A DNA stretch of 64,000 nucleotides from an uncultured Sphingobacteriales bacterium (GCA_964561545.1 CAZLQF010000003.1:74775-138774), one strand, 5' to 3'; shown: positions 49,999-60,518, numbered from the stretch's first letter. The notes: generated by a model not told the origin, from the letters alone. Translations and numbers: made by a program.

Positions 49999-50697
49999 TT
50001 AGTAAACCTCACAAACTTCTTCAAAAGTTTTTCGGTCGAGCTTGGGAACCTTCGCATTCCTGGCCGGGTAACCTACGGGTATCAATAAAAAAGGCCGCTC
50101 ATGTTCCGGCCTACCTAAAACCTTCTTTAAAAAATCCATTGGGCTGGGTGTGTGGGTGACTGCTGCTAAACCTGCGTTATGAATAGCTGTTAAAAGAAAT
50201 CCGCAAGCCAATCCCACGCTTTCATTAACATAATAATTTTGTTGCTTGCTCCCATTGACAACTTCATAAGGTTTTTTGAAAACCACTATCAACCAGGGGG
50301 CAATCTCTAAGTAAGGCTTTTCTGGCTTTGTTCCCAACTTTTCAAGGTCATTTTTCCACGTTTCTGACATTCGCTTTTCATAGTTAATCTGCTCTTCTTC
50401 TTCGGCTGCATTCCGTATTTGCTTTTTTTTGCTTGGAGCTTTAACCAGGCAGAAGGTCCACGGTTGTTTATGCGCTCCCGATGGTGCAGAAGAAGCGGTC
50501 ATGATGAGGTTTTGCATGACTTCAAAAGGAACAGGCTCATCCGAAAATTCCCGGACCGTTCGCCTTTGATCCATCAACTCATAAAATTTTTGGCTGTAGT
50601 CAACCATGGTTTTGCTATTGATATACAATTGTTGGTAAGCTTCAAATTCGGCCATCGCTTTTTTGGTTACCAATGTAAAGGATTTTGATAAAATCAT
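49999..50697 (-). CDS. nitroreductase family protein
   Basis: RRTVREF...SSAPSGAHKQPWTF motif of the FMN-dependent nitroreductase fold. Confidence 0.7.
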   Translation of the reverse strand: MILSKSFTLVTKKAMAEFEAYQQLYINSKTMVDYSQKFYELMDQRRTVREFSDEPVPFEVMQNLIMTASSAPSGAHKQPWTFCLVKAPSKKKQIRNAAEEEEQINYEKRMSETWKNDLEKLGTKPEKPYLEIAPWLIVVFKKPYEVVNGSKQQNYYVNESVGLACGFLLTAIHNAGLAAVTHTPSPMDFLKKVLGRPEHERPFLLIPVGYPARNAKVPKLDRKTFEEVCEVY

Positions 50698-50738
50698 TTC
50701 AATTTTGTTCCAGCTAAATTGTACTAAAAATTACCCAC

Positions 50739-51710
50739 ATGATTGTAGTTACAGGAGCGGCAGGATTTATTGGAAGTTGTCTTGTTGGCAAGCTTAACCA
50801 GCAGGGATTTTACGATATAGTCCTGGTTGATGAGTTCAGCAATTCGAAAAAAAACAAGAACCTCGAAAACAAGACGTATACCCAAAAGGTAGCCAGGACC
50901 GATTTTTTTGATTGGCTCAAGGAGCATGAAAAACTTGTCCAGTTCATCTTTCATTTAGGGGCAAGAACGGATACAGCAGAGTTTAGGGAGGAAATTTTCC
51001 GGGAGCTGAATCTGGATTTCTCCAAAAAAGTATGGGAAGCCTGTATTCAGTATGGGTTGCCGCTGGTTTATGCTTCATCCGGAGCCACTTATGGATTGGG
51101 CGAACAAGGTTATTCTGATGATCATCAGCAAATTCCCCTTTTGGAGCCCCTCAATCAATATGGCGTTTCTAAAAATGAGTTTGATAAATGGGCCTTGAAC
51201 CAAAGCCGACAGCCTTATTACTGGATAGGACTTAAGTTTTTCAATGTCTACGGCCCTAACGAATACCATAAAGATCGCATGGCTTCAGTGGTTTACCATG
51301 CCTATCACCAAGTTAAAGAGCAGGGGATGATCAAGCTTTTTCGCTCCCACCATCCCGATTATAAAGATGGCGAGCAAAAAAGGGACTTCATCTATGTAAA
51401 AGATGTCGTAGAAGTCATGCATTACTTAATGCACCACCGGATGCGTAAAAATTCCGGGATTTACAACCTTGGTACCGGAGAAGCCAAGACGTTCCTTCAT
51501 TTGGCAAGAAGCATCTTTGAGGTATTGGGGCTCGAGGAGAACATTACGTTTATTGATACGCCTGAGGACATTCGCGACAAGTACCAATACTTTACCCAGG
51601 CAAAGATGGAAAAACTGCACTCAATAGGGTACGATCAGCAGTTTTACTCATTGAAAGAAGGAATTAGAGATTACGTGCAAAATTATCTTGAACAAGGGGA
51701 ACATTATTGA
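50739..51710 (+). CDS. hldD: ADP-L-glycero-D-manno-heptose 6-epimerase
   Basis: MIVVTGAAGFIGS N-terminus and YGVSK catalytic motif. Length and C-terminal pattern are typical of HldD/RfaD. Confidence 0.8.
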   Translation: MIVVTGAAGFIGSCLVGKLNQQGFYDIVLVDEFSNSKKNKNLENKTYTQKVARTDFFDWLKEHEKLVQFIFHLGARTDTAEFREEIFRELNLDFSKKVWEACIQYGLPLVYASSGATYGLGEQGYSDDHQQIPLLEPLNQYGVSKNEFDKWALNQSRQPYYWIGLKFFNVYGPNEYHKDRMASVVYHAYHQVKEQGMIKLFRSHHPDYKDGEQKRDFIYVKDVVEVMHYLMHHRMRKNSGIYNLGTGEAKTFLHLARSIFEVLGLEENITFIDTPEDIRDKYQYFTQAKMEKLHSIGYDQQFYSLKEGIRDYVQNYLEQGEHY

Positions 51711-51913
51711 TGGTCTTAATTTGCTAACGCCTGACCTCTATTGCATTTGTTAAGGAGTAAGTTTTATACAGTAGCGTCATTTATGAACAAAGAACATTGA
51801 ACATTTCAACCATAGCAGGCCTATGCAATCAATAGGACAACCACTAAATGAAGTTTGAGGTTGATGCTCATTGCTTTTTGAAAATTTTTAATTGGACATG
51901 GTAGGCATAAAAT

Positions 51914-52972
51914 TTGTTAACCCTTTCGAACAAAAATTCAAACACCATGGAAACACCACAGGGTACAACAGAAGTAGCCCAAGAACAAGTAGACATCAAG
52001 CAGATCAACGAAAGGATCCACCAGGAAAGCGCATTTGTTGAGCTGCTTTACAATGAGATCGGTAAGGAAATTGTAGGCCAGAAATACATGCTCGAACGAT
52101 TATTGATCGGGCTTTTGTCCAGCGGCCATATACTGCTTGAAGGCGTTCCGGGGCTTGCCAAAACATTGGCCATTAAATCACTGGCTTCCGCCATTAATGC
52201 AAACTTTAGTCGGATCCAGTTTACGCCTGATCTTCTTCCGGCCGATTTGCTGGGGACGATGATCTACAATCAATCTAAAAACGAGTTTGTTATCCGTAAA
52301 GGACCCATTTTTGCCAATTTCATTCTGGCCGATGAGATCAACCGTGCACCAGCTAAAGTACAAAGTGCCTTGCTGCAGGCCATGCAAGAACGGGAAGTTT
52401 CCATTGGGGATGAAACCTTTAAACTTGAGGAGCCCTTTCTTGTGTTGGCTACCCAAAATCCCATCGAACAGGAAGGTACCTATCCATTACCCGAGGCGCA
52501 GGTGGACCGTTTCATGCTGAAAGTGGTTATTGATTACCCGGAGAAAGAAGAAGAAAGGCTCATCATGCGTCAGAATATCAATCAAACCGTCCAGACGATT
52601 AATGCCGCCATTGATACGGCTCAAATTACAAGGGCTCGAGATGCGGTCCGGGAAGTTTATATGGATGAAAAGATTGAGCAATACATCCTGGACATTGTTT
52701 TTGCTACACGCCAACCTGAGCAATACAAGCTTGACAATTTGGCCCCGCTTGTAAGCTTTGGTGCTTCGCCAAGGGCGTCCATCAACATTGGATTGGCATC
52801 AAGGGCTTATGCATTTATTAAACGAAGGGGCTATGTGATTCCTGAGGATGTAAGGGCAGTATGCCATGATGTGATGCGTCACCGTATTGGCGTATCCTAC
52901 GAAGCAGAAGCCGAGAATTATACAACCGAAAACCTGATCTCGGAAATCCTGAACAATATTGAAGTACCCTAA
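51914..52972 (+). CDS. MoxR family AAA+ ATPase
   Basis: LLEGVPGLAKT Walker A and ILADEINRA Walker B/AAA_3 motifs. Confidence 0.85.
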   Translation: MLTLSNKNSNTMETPQGTTEVAQEQVDIKQINERIHQESAFVELLYNEIGKEIVGQKYMLERLLIGLLSSGHILLEGVPGLAKTLAIKSLASAINANFSRIQFTPDLLPADLLGTMIYNQSKNEFVIRKGPIFANFILADEINRAPAKVQSALLQAMQEREVSIGDETFKLEEPFLVLATQNPIEQEGTYPLPEAQVDRFMLKVVIDYPEKEEERLIMRQNINQTVQTINAAIDTAQITRARDAVREVYMDEKIEQYILDIVFATRQPEQYKLDNLAPLVSFGASPRASINIGLASRAYAFIKRRGYVIPEDVRAVCHDVMRHRIGVSYEAEAENYTTENLISEILNNIEVP

Positions 52973-53031
52973 ACTTGATTGCTGTTTAAAACAAGGAGCA
53001 ACAAGGAACTTTCACCGAACCAACAATTCCA

Positions 53032-53907
53032 ATGGAAACCGCAGAATTACTGAAGAAGGTTAGGAAAATCGAGATCAAAACAAGGGGCCTTAGCAACAAC
53101 CTTTTTTCCGGTGAATACCATAGTGCTTTTAAAGGTCGAGGTATGTCCTTTGCCGAAGTCAGGGAATACCAATATGGCGATGATGTGCGCAACATTGACT
53201 GGAATGTGACCGCTCGTTTTAGTAGCCCTTATGTCAAAGTGTTTGAGGAAGAGCGGGAGCTTACCATGATGCTTTTAATTGATGTTAGCAAATCAGATTT
53301 CTTCGGCACCGGCAAACAAACCAAAAATGAGACCATGGCAGAGATTGCCGCTATTCTCTCTTTTTCTGCCATCACCAATAATGATAAAGTAGGCGTTATC
53401 TTTTTCAGTGACCAAGTGGAGCAATTCATCCCACCCAAAAAAGGCAAAAGGCATATTCTCCGTATAATCAGGGAATTGATCGATTTTAAACCACAGCGCC
53501 AACAAACCAACATTGGTGAAGCCCTTCGCTACCTGAACAACATGATGAAAAAGCGCACCATTGCTTTTTTAATGTCAGATTTCATTGATCATAATTACCA
53601 GAATCCTGTAACCATTGCCTCCAAAAGGCATGATCTCGCAGGCATCCATCTGCACGATCCCCGGGAAACTGAATTACCTAATATTGGCTTGGTTCGGTTA
53701 ACCGATGCCGAAACAGGCCAAACCCGGTGGATTGATACGAGCAGAAAAAAGGTTCGGCAGCAATACAAGGAATGGTACCAGGTCAAAAAGCAATTTGCCA
53801 AAAATACCTTCCGTAAGAGCGGAGCCGATTGGGTCGACATCGACACGACCCAGCCTTACGTTAATACACTGTTGAACTTCTTCAAACGAAGGGAAAAAAG
53901 GCATTGA
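53032..53907 (+). CDS. DUF58 domain protein (MoxR partner, vWA-like)
   Basis: FKGRGMSFAEVREYQYGDDVRNIDWNVTAR signature of DUF58. Follows the MoxR gene. Confidence 0.8.
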   Translation: METAELLKKVRKIEIKTRGLSNNLFSGEYHSAFKGRGMSFAEVREYQYGDDVRNIDWNVTARFSSPYVKVFEEERELTMMLLIDVSKSDFFGTGKQTKNETMAEIAAILSFSAITNNDKVGVIFFSDQVEQFIPPKKGKRHILRIIRELIDFKPQRQQTNIGEALRYLNNMMKKRTIAFLMSDFIDHNYQNPVTIASKRHDLAGIHLHDPRETELPNIGLVRLTDAETGQTRWIDTSRKKVRQQYKEWYQVKKQFAKNTFRKSGADWVDIDTTQPYVNTLLNFFKRREKRH

Positions 53908-53910
53908 TTA

Positions 53911-54870
53911 ATGTTCCTATTGTTATCCAGGCTTCTTGGTCTATTGATGGCCATCGTTGTTGTAGGTGCTTTTCCTATAAATGGCAATGCCCAAGCCTTT
54001 CAAATCAAAACCGATATTGACCAACGGAAGATTTTATTGGGCGACCCCATTGAATACCAACTCGAGGTTACCCATGATAAGCAGCTGGATGTTTCCTGGC
54101 CCCAACTGAACGACAGCCTTGGATCGATGGAAGTGCTGGAATACAATCCAGCAGATACCATTGATGAAGATGGCCAGCAAGTAACCATAGCGCAAAAACT
54201 CAAAATCACCGCTTTTGAACCAGGCCAATACATGCTCCCAAGCCAACAATTCCGATTCTATGAAAAACGGGATACAACCCTGCAGCGTATCAATACCGAT
54301 ACCTTTATGGTTACGGTTAATGCCATGAAGGTAGATACGGCTTCCAGCCCTAAGCCCATTAAAGAGGTGGTTGATATTCCGTATACTTTTAAGGAGCTAG
54401 CGCCTTACTTATTAGGAGGACTTGGCGTCATCCTGGTAGCCATTTTAATTTGGTGGCTGATCAAAAAGCGCAAGCAAAAGCCATCAACACCCAAGCCGGC
54501 CAAACCCAACAAACCACCTTACCAATTAGCCATGGAGCAACTAAGGGCCTTGAAGCAAGAAAACCTATGGCAAAAAGGTGAAGTTAAAGAATACCACGAC
54601 CGCTTAACCGATATTGTCCGGGAATTCCTTGAAAATCAATACAGCATCAGTGCCCTTGAATATACTACGGACCAGATCATGGATAACCTGCAATACACCA
54701 ACATATCCACTGACCAAAAGGGGCAATTAAAGGAAATTTTTGAACTTGCCGATCTTGCTAAATTTGCTAAACTTCAGCCCAATGCTGAACAAAACGAACG
54801 ATCTATGGAAGTGGCCATGGAATTCTTAATGGACGTGCAAAGACAAGTTTTGGAACAGGATTCAAGCTAA
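53911..54870 (+). CDS. Bat-operon-like single-TM membrane protein (hypothetical)
   Basis: Signal peptide, central TM (LGGLGVILVAILIWWLIKKRKQK) and a proline-rich linker. Position in the operon is analogous to the DUF4381/BatD-like proteins of aerotolerance operons. Confidence 0.4.
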   Translation: MFLLLSRLLGLLMAIVVVGAFPINGNAQAFQIKTDIDQRKILLGDPIEYQLEVTHDKQLDVSWPQLNDSLGSMEVLEYNPADTIDEDGQQVTIAQKLKITAFEPGQYMLPSQQFRFYEKRDTTLQRINTDTFMVTVNAMKVDTASSPKPIKEVVDIPYTFKELAPYLLGGLGVILVAILIWWLIKKRKQKPSTPKPAKPNKPPYQLAMEQLRALKQENLWQKGEVKEYHDRLTDIVREFLENQYSISALEYTTDQIMDNLQYTNISTDQKGQLKEIFELADLAKFAKLQPNAEQNERSMEVAMEFLMDVQRQVLEQDSS

Positions 54871-55818
54871 GCAAATAGCTACCGACCCATATACAACTAC
54901 TGGTTAATTTAAAGCAAGAACCCAGCATTCTTAAAGTGCCTTCGAGGATTCATGCAAAGATGCTTGCCTTACCTATCAAATAGGCTTCTCTGAAATTGGT
55001 ATTTGTGATGCCCTTAGCCATTTTAAATTAAAGGTAAGCGATGTTATGGCTTCTTGAACAGGGAATTCGATCAACCTCTGATTCGGAGGATTGGTTTGAT
55101 GGCAATTGTGAAAATTTAATGGATTGGCATTTATTACATTTCAATGACATAAGTAAGACGATTTACTAAAGTAAAAGTGAGCTTACCCATAGGAAAAGCA
55201 ATTAAGTTGGGGCTCGCGGATTGAGAAGTATTGGATTTTGTTACCTTACCCAATCCATTTTCCAACCATCCTGGGGTAAATTAAGGATTTAAGATTAGAA
55301 CCGATGCTTTTCAGAGAAAAAACGTAGGAGATTTCGTTTAATTGGAGGTAAAACAAAAAATTGAGGTGTTGGGAAAACAAAGCTTGGATTTACCTGGTAA
55401 AAATTAAGATATTGTATCGGCTTATAAAAGCCAAGTAGACAGTGATTATGGAAACATTAATGGGGTGGCATTATTTCCATCCTGAATTTGGTTTTGTCAG
55501 ATTTGAATTGGCCTTCCTAATGAAAGTTATGTTGAGGTGGCTTTGCGGAAAGTAAATTTTAGATCCGTCAAGTTTTATTGCAAGTTTACATACAATCCCT
55601 TTAAATCGATAGCCGAATTGTATGCGCTGTTAAATGCCAATTTCGCTAACATCATTTTTATTAATGGCAAATTGGTTTATTTAAATTTGATTTTGTGACC
55701 CTTAAAACTTGAAAAAATCCATTTTTGATCATTAAATAGAAGCTTTTTTGGTTGAATTGATAAGAATGGTATTCGTTCTCGTGTCTTTTACCTAATTAGC
55801 TGAAATAACCCAAAATCT

Positions 55819-57120
55819 TTGAGTAACCGAATTAATGATAAAAACCGCTACCACCACTGGCTTTTTATGGCTGGCCTCATGCTGGCAGGGGAGAGCATTT
55901 ACATGCTGCCCTATATGCGCAAAACCTTCCAAACCAGCATGGAGGAAGTTTTTGAGGTTTCAAGTACCGAAATAGGCTTGCTGAACACCATGTTCGGGAT
56001 CCTGGCTGTCATCTCCTATTTCTCGAGCGGTTGGCTGGCCGATCGTTTTTCAGCTCGCAAACTTTTGACCTTTTCTTTGGTAGCTACCAGCATCGGTGGC
56101 TTCTTCATGCTCACATTACCATCCTATCTTCTACTCTTGACCATCCATGCATTTTGGGGCATTACTTCCATTCTTACTTTTTGGGCAGCATTGATCAAGG
56201 CTACCCGAGGATGGGGACGTCCTGATAATCAAGGTACCAGCTTTGGATTGCTGGATGCTGGAAGGGGAGCAGTGGCTGCAGTTTTAGCTTCTTTAGCAAC
56301 CACTTTATTTGCTTACACCGATTCTACCCAGGAAGGACTTCAGGGTGTGCTTTTAGTTTATTCTACGGCACCCTTACTGTCGGGTTTGATCATTTGGTGG
56401 GTGGTGCCGGAAAATTTGTACAAAGAATATCAAGGATCGATCAACAAAGATGATCAATACAAACCGGTCAAGGGAGCGCACTGGTACCGGTTTAAGCGGG
56501 CATTTGAAAAACCAGAGGTCTGGCTGCTGGCGCTGATTATTTTCTGTTCCTACATATTGTATTTGGGAACTTTTGACCTACCGGCATTTGCAGAAAAAAG
56601 TCATGATCAAACCAAAACTTTTGGAGCTGTGCTGGGGTCCATTCGCGATTGGATGCGCCCCATTGCAGCTTTGGGAGCTGGCCTTTTAGCAGATAAAATA
56701 AGGCCATCTAAGACGGTTGGTGGTGTTTTTGCTGTGTTGATCTTAACCTTTGGCTCCCTTTTCTTGGTTAATCCTTCCTTTGGAGGCCTTGGAATCCTAT
56801 GGACTCAGGTCATCCTGGCCGGCCTGGCTGTATTTGCTTTGCGAGGCGTTTATTTTGCTATGCTTGAGGAAATTGGTATTCCCTATACGCTAACGGGAAC
56901 CACCGTTGGTATTGTCTCGTTTGTTGGATTTACGCCCGATATATTCGGCCACTTGCTTTCAGGTTGGTTTGTAGATACTTATGATGGAACCATGGGTTAC
57001 CACTATTATTTTGCTTTTCTGGCATGCATAGCAGCGCTTGGCCTATTCGCTACTTGGGCCATTCGTTTAAGGTCTGCTTCAAAATCGGTAATAAAAGAAC
57101 GGTCCAATAATGGATCGTGA
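55819..57120 (+). CDS. MFS transporter
   Basis: 433 aa, about 12 TM helices, MFS-like loop motifs. Start codon uncertain (TTG at 55819; first ATG is 16 codons in). Confidence 0.7.
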   Translation: MSNRINDKNRYHHWLFMAGLMLAGESIYMLPYMRKTFQTSMEEVFEVSSTEIGLLNTMFGILAVISYFSSGWLADRFSARKLLTFSLVATSIGGFFMLTLPSYLLLLTIHAFWGITSILTFWAALIKATRGWGRPDNQGTSFGLLDAGRGAVAAVLASLATTLFAYTDSTQEGLQGVLLVYSTAPLLSGLIIWWVVPENLYKEYQGSINKDDQYKPVKGAHWYRFKRAFEKPEVWLLALIIFCSYILYLGTFDLPAFAEKSHDQTKTFGAVLGSIRDWMRPIAALGAGLLADKIRPSKTVGGVFAVLILTFGSLFLVNPSFGGLGILWTQVILAGLAVFALRGVYFAMLEEIGIPYTLTGTTVGIVSFVGFTPDIFGHLLSGWFVDTYDGTMGYHYYFAFLACIAALGLFATWAIRLRSASKSVIKERSNNGS

Positions 57121-57158
57121 CATAAAATCTTTCATTAAGAATTATGCTGATTGGTTGT

Positions 57159-57650
57159 TCAAGCATTGGCATTGTCGGATGGCCGAGGGTACAATAGCAA
57201 TCCTATAACTGCTGATAGGCATGAAATGAGGTTCCCATACCAAGGAGGGTCTCCTGGTGTTTTCATGGCAACTGAAAGGGTAGCCCATAAATTAGGGATG
57301 TAAAATAGCAAAATAATCAGTGGCAGGGTGATTAAAGCCCATTGCTGGTCTTTCCAAAAAGGCTTGATGATAAGCGCAGTTATAATAAAGGCCATGGCAA
57401 TCCAGCCACCGCCTGCTACTCGCATCAGGGCAAGAATGAGTACCTGAATGTTGGATCCTAATTCCGACCAGCTTTGCGCAAGCGCAGCATCATGGTAAGG
57501 CATAAAAGAAGACTTGACAAGGTACGTAATGCCAAGCACTAAACTTGCTAAGGCCGTAATCCCATAAGCCAAAGCTGCCAAATTTTTTCTGAGTTTAGCT
57601 GTTGGTCTCATCAGTAATTGGTTTAGCACCGGCTTCTTGATAGCCGGCAT
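57159..57650 (-). CDS. hypothetical 4-TM membrane protein
   Basis: 163 aa, four hydrophobic helices, no family recognised. Confidence 0.4.
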   Translation of the reverse strand: MPAIKKPVLNQLLMRPTAKLRKNLAALAYGITALASLVLGITYLVKSSFMPYHDAALAQSWSELGSNIQVLILALMRVAGGGWIAMAFIITALIIKPFWKDQQWALITLPLIILLFYIPNLWATLSVAMKTPGDPPWYGNLISCLSAVIGLLLYPRPSDNANA

Positions 57651-58059
57651 TGCCTAATCGGTTCAAGGTTTTTTCCAATAATTGAGTGTCCAAGCGGGCA
57701 TATAAGGCTTCTAGCTTTCCCCATCTTAATTTCAGGTAATGGATTCCGTGATTTTCATAAGGCACCCCATCTACCGCATAGCCTTCATCCTTCCAAATAA
57801 TGGCCACGCGGGTATTCCAGGGCATTCCGGAAACAATAACATCATAAAGCCGGAATTGTAGGTCAGGAAAAAGCCGGAAGAGCCGATTAAGCCAAGTTTC
57901 AAAAGCGGCTTTCGTGTGTCTTTCTCCACCTAAGGCATGGTCCCCGGCAAAATGATGGTATAGGTGATCGCTGGATAATTTCAATAGCGGATTGATATTT
58001 TGACGGGAAAGCTGTTGAAAGGCCCAGCGGCTCAGCTTTTTTACGAAAAAATGATACAT
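57595..58059 (-). CDS. NTF2/SnoaL-like fold protein (tentative)
   Basis: 154 aa. Size and pattern are consistent with the ketosteroid isomerase-like fold. Weak. Confidence 0.35.
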   Translation of the reverse strand: MYHFFVKKLSRWAFQQLSRQNINPLLKLSSDHLYHHFAGDHALGGERHTKAAFETWLNRLFRLFPDLQFRLYDVIVSGMPWNTRVAIIWKDEGYAVDGVPYENHGIHYLKLRWGKLEALYARLDTQLLEKTLNRLGNAGYQEAGAKPITDETNS

Positions 58060-58197
58060 GGGAACCGGAATTTAGCGGTTATGCCAAGTGTTTAAATACC
58101 TTGTACCAATATGTGACTCGAATATAAAAAATGTCCTTTAAGTCCGGTTTGATTCTTAGCAAATCCTTTAATTTGACCTTAAAATACTAAGCTTAGG

Positions 58198-58944
58198 ATG
58201 GCTAAGGGAAAAGTTCGTTACCAAAAACACATGAAGTTAGGATGGGCTCGGTGGCTGCTCTTTCTTATTGGTAAGCCGATCAAAGTAAAAGAAAGTGTTC
58301 TTCATACCACCCCCTGGTTGACACGGGGCATGATTGCCGTCATTAGTTTGCTCTCCATCTTTGCCTGGTTTGGGGGTGAAGGGGAAATAATGTTCAATGC
58401 CCTGGCCTTTTACCCTGATGCTTCGGGTCCGCAGTGGTACGTTGGTATGGTGGGTTGTGCTTTTCTTCATGCAGGATGGGCCCATTTAGTGGGGAATATG
58501 TATTTCCTTTGGTTATTTGGCCGGAATGTGGAATGCCGCTTTGGGCGGAGAAGAATGGTCGGTCTGTTTCTAATTGCTACGGCTTTGGGGGCTTATTTCC
58601 ATGGATTGCTGGCTGATGCGCCTTTGGTTGGCGCCAGTGGTGGTATATTTGGCATTTTGGTTATTTATGCCATGCTATTCCCCAAATCCCGTATTCTCTG
58701 GGTCCCCTTCTTTGGTTTTATTTTCCGGCTCATTGCCCTTCGCTCGGAAAAGATGCTGGGTAAGCGGTTTCTCCGTGAAGGGCTGCCGGTCAGGTTCTTC
58801 CTGCTTATTTACGTAGGGCTTCAGTTTTTCTTGCTCTACGAGCAGATTTATGCAGACGGCTCGGTTTCCGCCCTCGGACATTTAGGTGGAGGATTAGCTG
58901 GTTTAGTGCTCTTTGCCGGTTGGAAATTCAAGTGGTTGCCTTAA
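58198..58944 (+). CDS. rhomboid family intramembrane serine protease
   Basis: TM2 HLVGNM (H/N), TM4 GASGGIFG (GxSG catalytic Ser) and TM6 ALGHLGGGLAG (catalytic His), in canonical order. Confidence 0.7.
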   Translation: MAKGKVRYQKHMKLGWARWLLFLIGKPIKVKESVLHTTPWLTRGMIAVISLLSIFAWFGGEGEIMFNALAFYPDASGPQWYVGMVGCAFLHAGWAHLVGNMYFLWLFGRNVECRFGRRRMVGLFLIATALGAYFHGLLADAPLVGASGGIFGILVIYAMLFPKSRILWVPFFGFIFRLIALRSEKMLGKRFLREGLPVRFFLLIYVGLQFFLLYEQIYADGSVSALGHLGGGLAGLVLFAGWKFKWLP

Positions 58945-59154
58945 TTGATTTTCCCGTCCAGGATATAAGATACCAATTCAATAGACTATTACCTTTTATT
59001 TTTGAAATGACCCCTCGGAAAGGAGCTTTTAAACCGCAGCGGTTTAACTTGATCCCGTAATCAATATTTTTTAATGGGAGCAAAAAAACGCTTTATGAAA
59101 ATTCCACCCTCTTAAGCTGAGGGTGGAAAGGGGTTTGGCAATCAATAAAGCCCC

Positions 59155-60300
59155 TTAACTCCCTGGACTTTCAAGAATCATTACCGGAAAAGTTTTAGGG
59201 TAACTATCATTATCATTGTAATCGCGGAATTCTAAAAAGTAGGTTTCACCGCCCTCGAGTGTAGTTTTGTGCGGGAGTTTTTTCCGGTTGGTTATCCGTT
59301 TGGTTTCCATGCCTGCTTTCTTAAAAATCCGAACACCACCGTCTATGTCACCGGCAGTATTGGCTTTAATAAAAACCTCTTTTTGTTGGTTTGGTGTAAG
59401 CTTCACATAATCATGATCCCCTTGAGGGAAGATGGCAATAGCGATGGTATCTCCAGTAGAGGCTGGGTGTGCCTTACTGGTTTCATTATTGGGTTCTGTT
59501 GTATCCATCTCCTTTAGGTAATCCACCTTCCATTTGATCGGATCGGTTGAGGCTGATTGGCTATTTCTATCCTGGATGCGTAGATGATAGGTCCCTTTTT
59601 CGGATATCCTAATGGCACAGGGAACCATGCAATTATTACTAAGGTCTTTAATTTTTTCGGCCAGGTCGTCTCTTCTGGCAAATTTTACCTCTAAATTAAT
59701 ATCGTCCGGGGATGATTTTTCCTTTAACCAAAGGTATCCTTCACCTTTCGCTTTGAATTGAAACCAATCCTGGTCGCCAACTGGGTAAACGTAACTTGTA
59801 ATGGTTTTGCCTAAACTTTTCTTCTTAGCATTCTTGGCTTCATTGTTCAACTCATGGTCATCGAATTCTTTAATAAATTGGGCTTTGATAGCAAATTGTT
59901 TAGGCGATCGGGCATTTTGGTTATTATCCTGAACTGCAAAATAAACCGTATCCTTATCGTGAAACTGGGTTGCTTCTGGTAAACGGTTCCAACCAGTATA
60001 CCAATTATGCTTTTGGCTCTTCCAGGGTTGCTTATCAGCAAATTTTACTTCCAGTTTGATATTCTCCGGTACGCCTTTGGAACCCAGTTTCAGGTAACCT
60101 TTTCCTGGAATAGTCGTTCGGTACCAATCCCGGTCATGGGTAGAATCAATTTTCATTTTGACGGGCTTATCCAATTTGATCGGGTCAGCTTCAAGAATGG
60201 TGTCATTGGGTTCTTTACCGGGCTTATCCGGGCTGCCACATGCCATGCAGGCAAAAATCAGGAAAGCGGGGGGTAATAAGTTAGTGTTAAGGTACCTCAT
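59155..60300 (-). CDS. lipoprotein with three PPC-like (pre-peptidase C-terminal-type) beta-sandwich repeats
   Basis: Lipoprotein signal (LIFACMACGS). Three repeats of the DxDWY/F...GxGYLxL...NLEVKF pattern. Confidence 0.5.
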   Translation of the reverse strand: MRYLNTNLLPPAFLIFACMACGSPDKPGKEPNDTILEADPIKLDKPVKMKIDSTHDRDWYRTTIPGKGYLKLGSKGVPENIKLEVKFADKQPWKSQKHNWYTGWNRLPEATQFHDKDTVYFAVQDNNQNARSPKQFAIKAQFIKEFDDHELNNEAKNAKKKSLGKTITSYVYPVGDQDWFQFKAKGEGYLWLKEKSSPDDINLEVKFARRDDLAEKIKDLSNNCMVPCAIRISEKGTYHLRIQDRNSQSASTDPIKWKVDYLKEMDTTEPNNETSKAHPASTGDTIAIAIFPQGDHDYVKLTPNQQKEVFIKANTAGDIDGGVRIFKKAGMETKRITNRKKLPHKTTLEGGETYFLEFRDYNDNDSYPKTFPVMILESPGS

Positions 60301-60518
60301 AGTTCAACTGTTTTATTGTACTAAATTATGAATGAATGATCAATTGACGCAATAATCCGCTTCGGTATTGTGTAAATACCATAAAATCAACCTCTCTATG
60401 ATTTTTGATGAAATACCTTTTAACGCTTAAAAAATGATACAATCCTAAGATTCTTAAAATTGAATGGGGATCAATTATTTTTGCTTTTTTTGACTTTGCT
60501 AATCAAATCTGTTTCAGA

